Shown here: piece by piece, positions 63,648-64,000 of the stretch
Layout of the letters: each line of letters begins with the position of its first letter
Numbering within the stretch: the stretch's first letter is position 1
Source: Spironucleus salmonicida
Taxonomy: Eukaryota
Direction of reading: 5' to 3'
DNA length: 64,000 bases
Assembly: GCF_000497125.1 (NCBI RefSeq)
Contig: NC_090600.1
Span: forward strand, 1,385,197-1,449,196
Translations under genes and position numbers: made by a program
The notes under the pieces: model-generated
What the model saw: the letters and a program-made list of their open reading frames with translations, nothing else
Told to the model about the DNA's origin: nothing
Database searches by the model: none

Positions 63648-64000
63648 ATGATTATTGCAACTTTCTCTGGGGTTAGATTTCTTACAGAAACTACCCCACC
63701 CTTAGTTGCTCATCAATATACATCTGCATTTGCACGTTATCTGAGGGTCAAAAATATTAAACATATTATTATTGGAAGTGATGGTAGAAGCTCTGCCAAT
63801 ATCTATCTACCTTTTGTTATTTCGTCTCTTAAAGATTTTTCCGTTGAATATGTAGGAGTAGTACCTACACCTACAATCCAATAACTTGTATAACTCTCCG
63901 AAGTTGCATGCGCAGGAATAATTTGTACGGCATCACATAATAATGAGGACTGGTGCGGGTTAAAATTTGTAGACTCAGATTCAATTTTCTTAAATCCAAC
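63648..64000 (+). CDS. Alpha-D-phosphohexomutase (PMM/PGM/GlmM family), 5' part
   Basis: FSGVRF, IGSDGRSS, GVVPTPTIQ, AGIICTASHN (phospho-Ser loop), WCGLKF; runs off window end. Confidence 0.9.

Noticed and set aside
1-64000. Interpreting the many in-frame TAA/TAG codons as mass pseudogenisation, introns or sequencing error
   Set aside because: They fall at conserved Gln positions, frames stay continuous to TGA, and no frameshift or intron is needed in any recognisable gene
1-64000. tRNA, rRNA, CRISPR arrays, transposons, telomeric or long tandem repeats
   Set aside because: None recognised by eye; TAA/TAG runs are poly-Gln coding tracts; small ncRNAs in spacers cannot be excluded without a covariance-model search

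Overview
Very AT-rich, gene-dense, apparently intronless eukaryotic nuclear DNA. It reads with translation table 6 (TAA/TAG = Gln, TGA the only stop), so the supplied standard-code ORF track shows only fragments. Read in code 6, the window holds about 53 tightly packed genes on both strands, some only 2-40 bp apart and two pairs overlapping. This code, an [FeFe]-hydrogenase maturase HydE, the absence of introns and the minimal spacers point to a hexamitid diplomonad (Spironucleus/Hexamita-like; species not determinable here). Recognisable genes include Orc1/Cdc6, Rpt3, an ATR-like PIKK, a Ski2-like helicase, CLASP, Trm9, HMG-box, Myb, a MATE transporter, two vWA-only copines, a flavodoxin-ferredoxin fusion and a phosphohexomutase. 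The most notable signals are: stop codons embedded in an ARTGA motif (37 of 51 complete genes); a sense-strand C-rich to G-rich gradient along genes; C-rich CATTCC/ATATCC elements just upstream of ATGs; a kinase fused to a P-loop-less Ras/Rab-like domain with a CaaX-like tail; and several apparent pseudo-domains (degenerate Nudix box, bromodomain lacking the conserved Asn, Rpt3 lacking HbYX). All translations and counts were done by hand and family calls were made by motif recognition, not database search.
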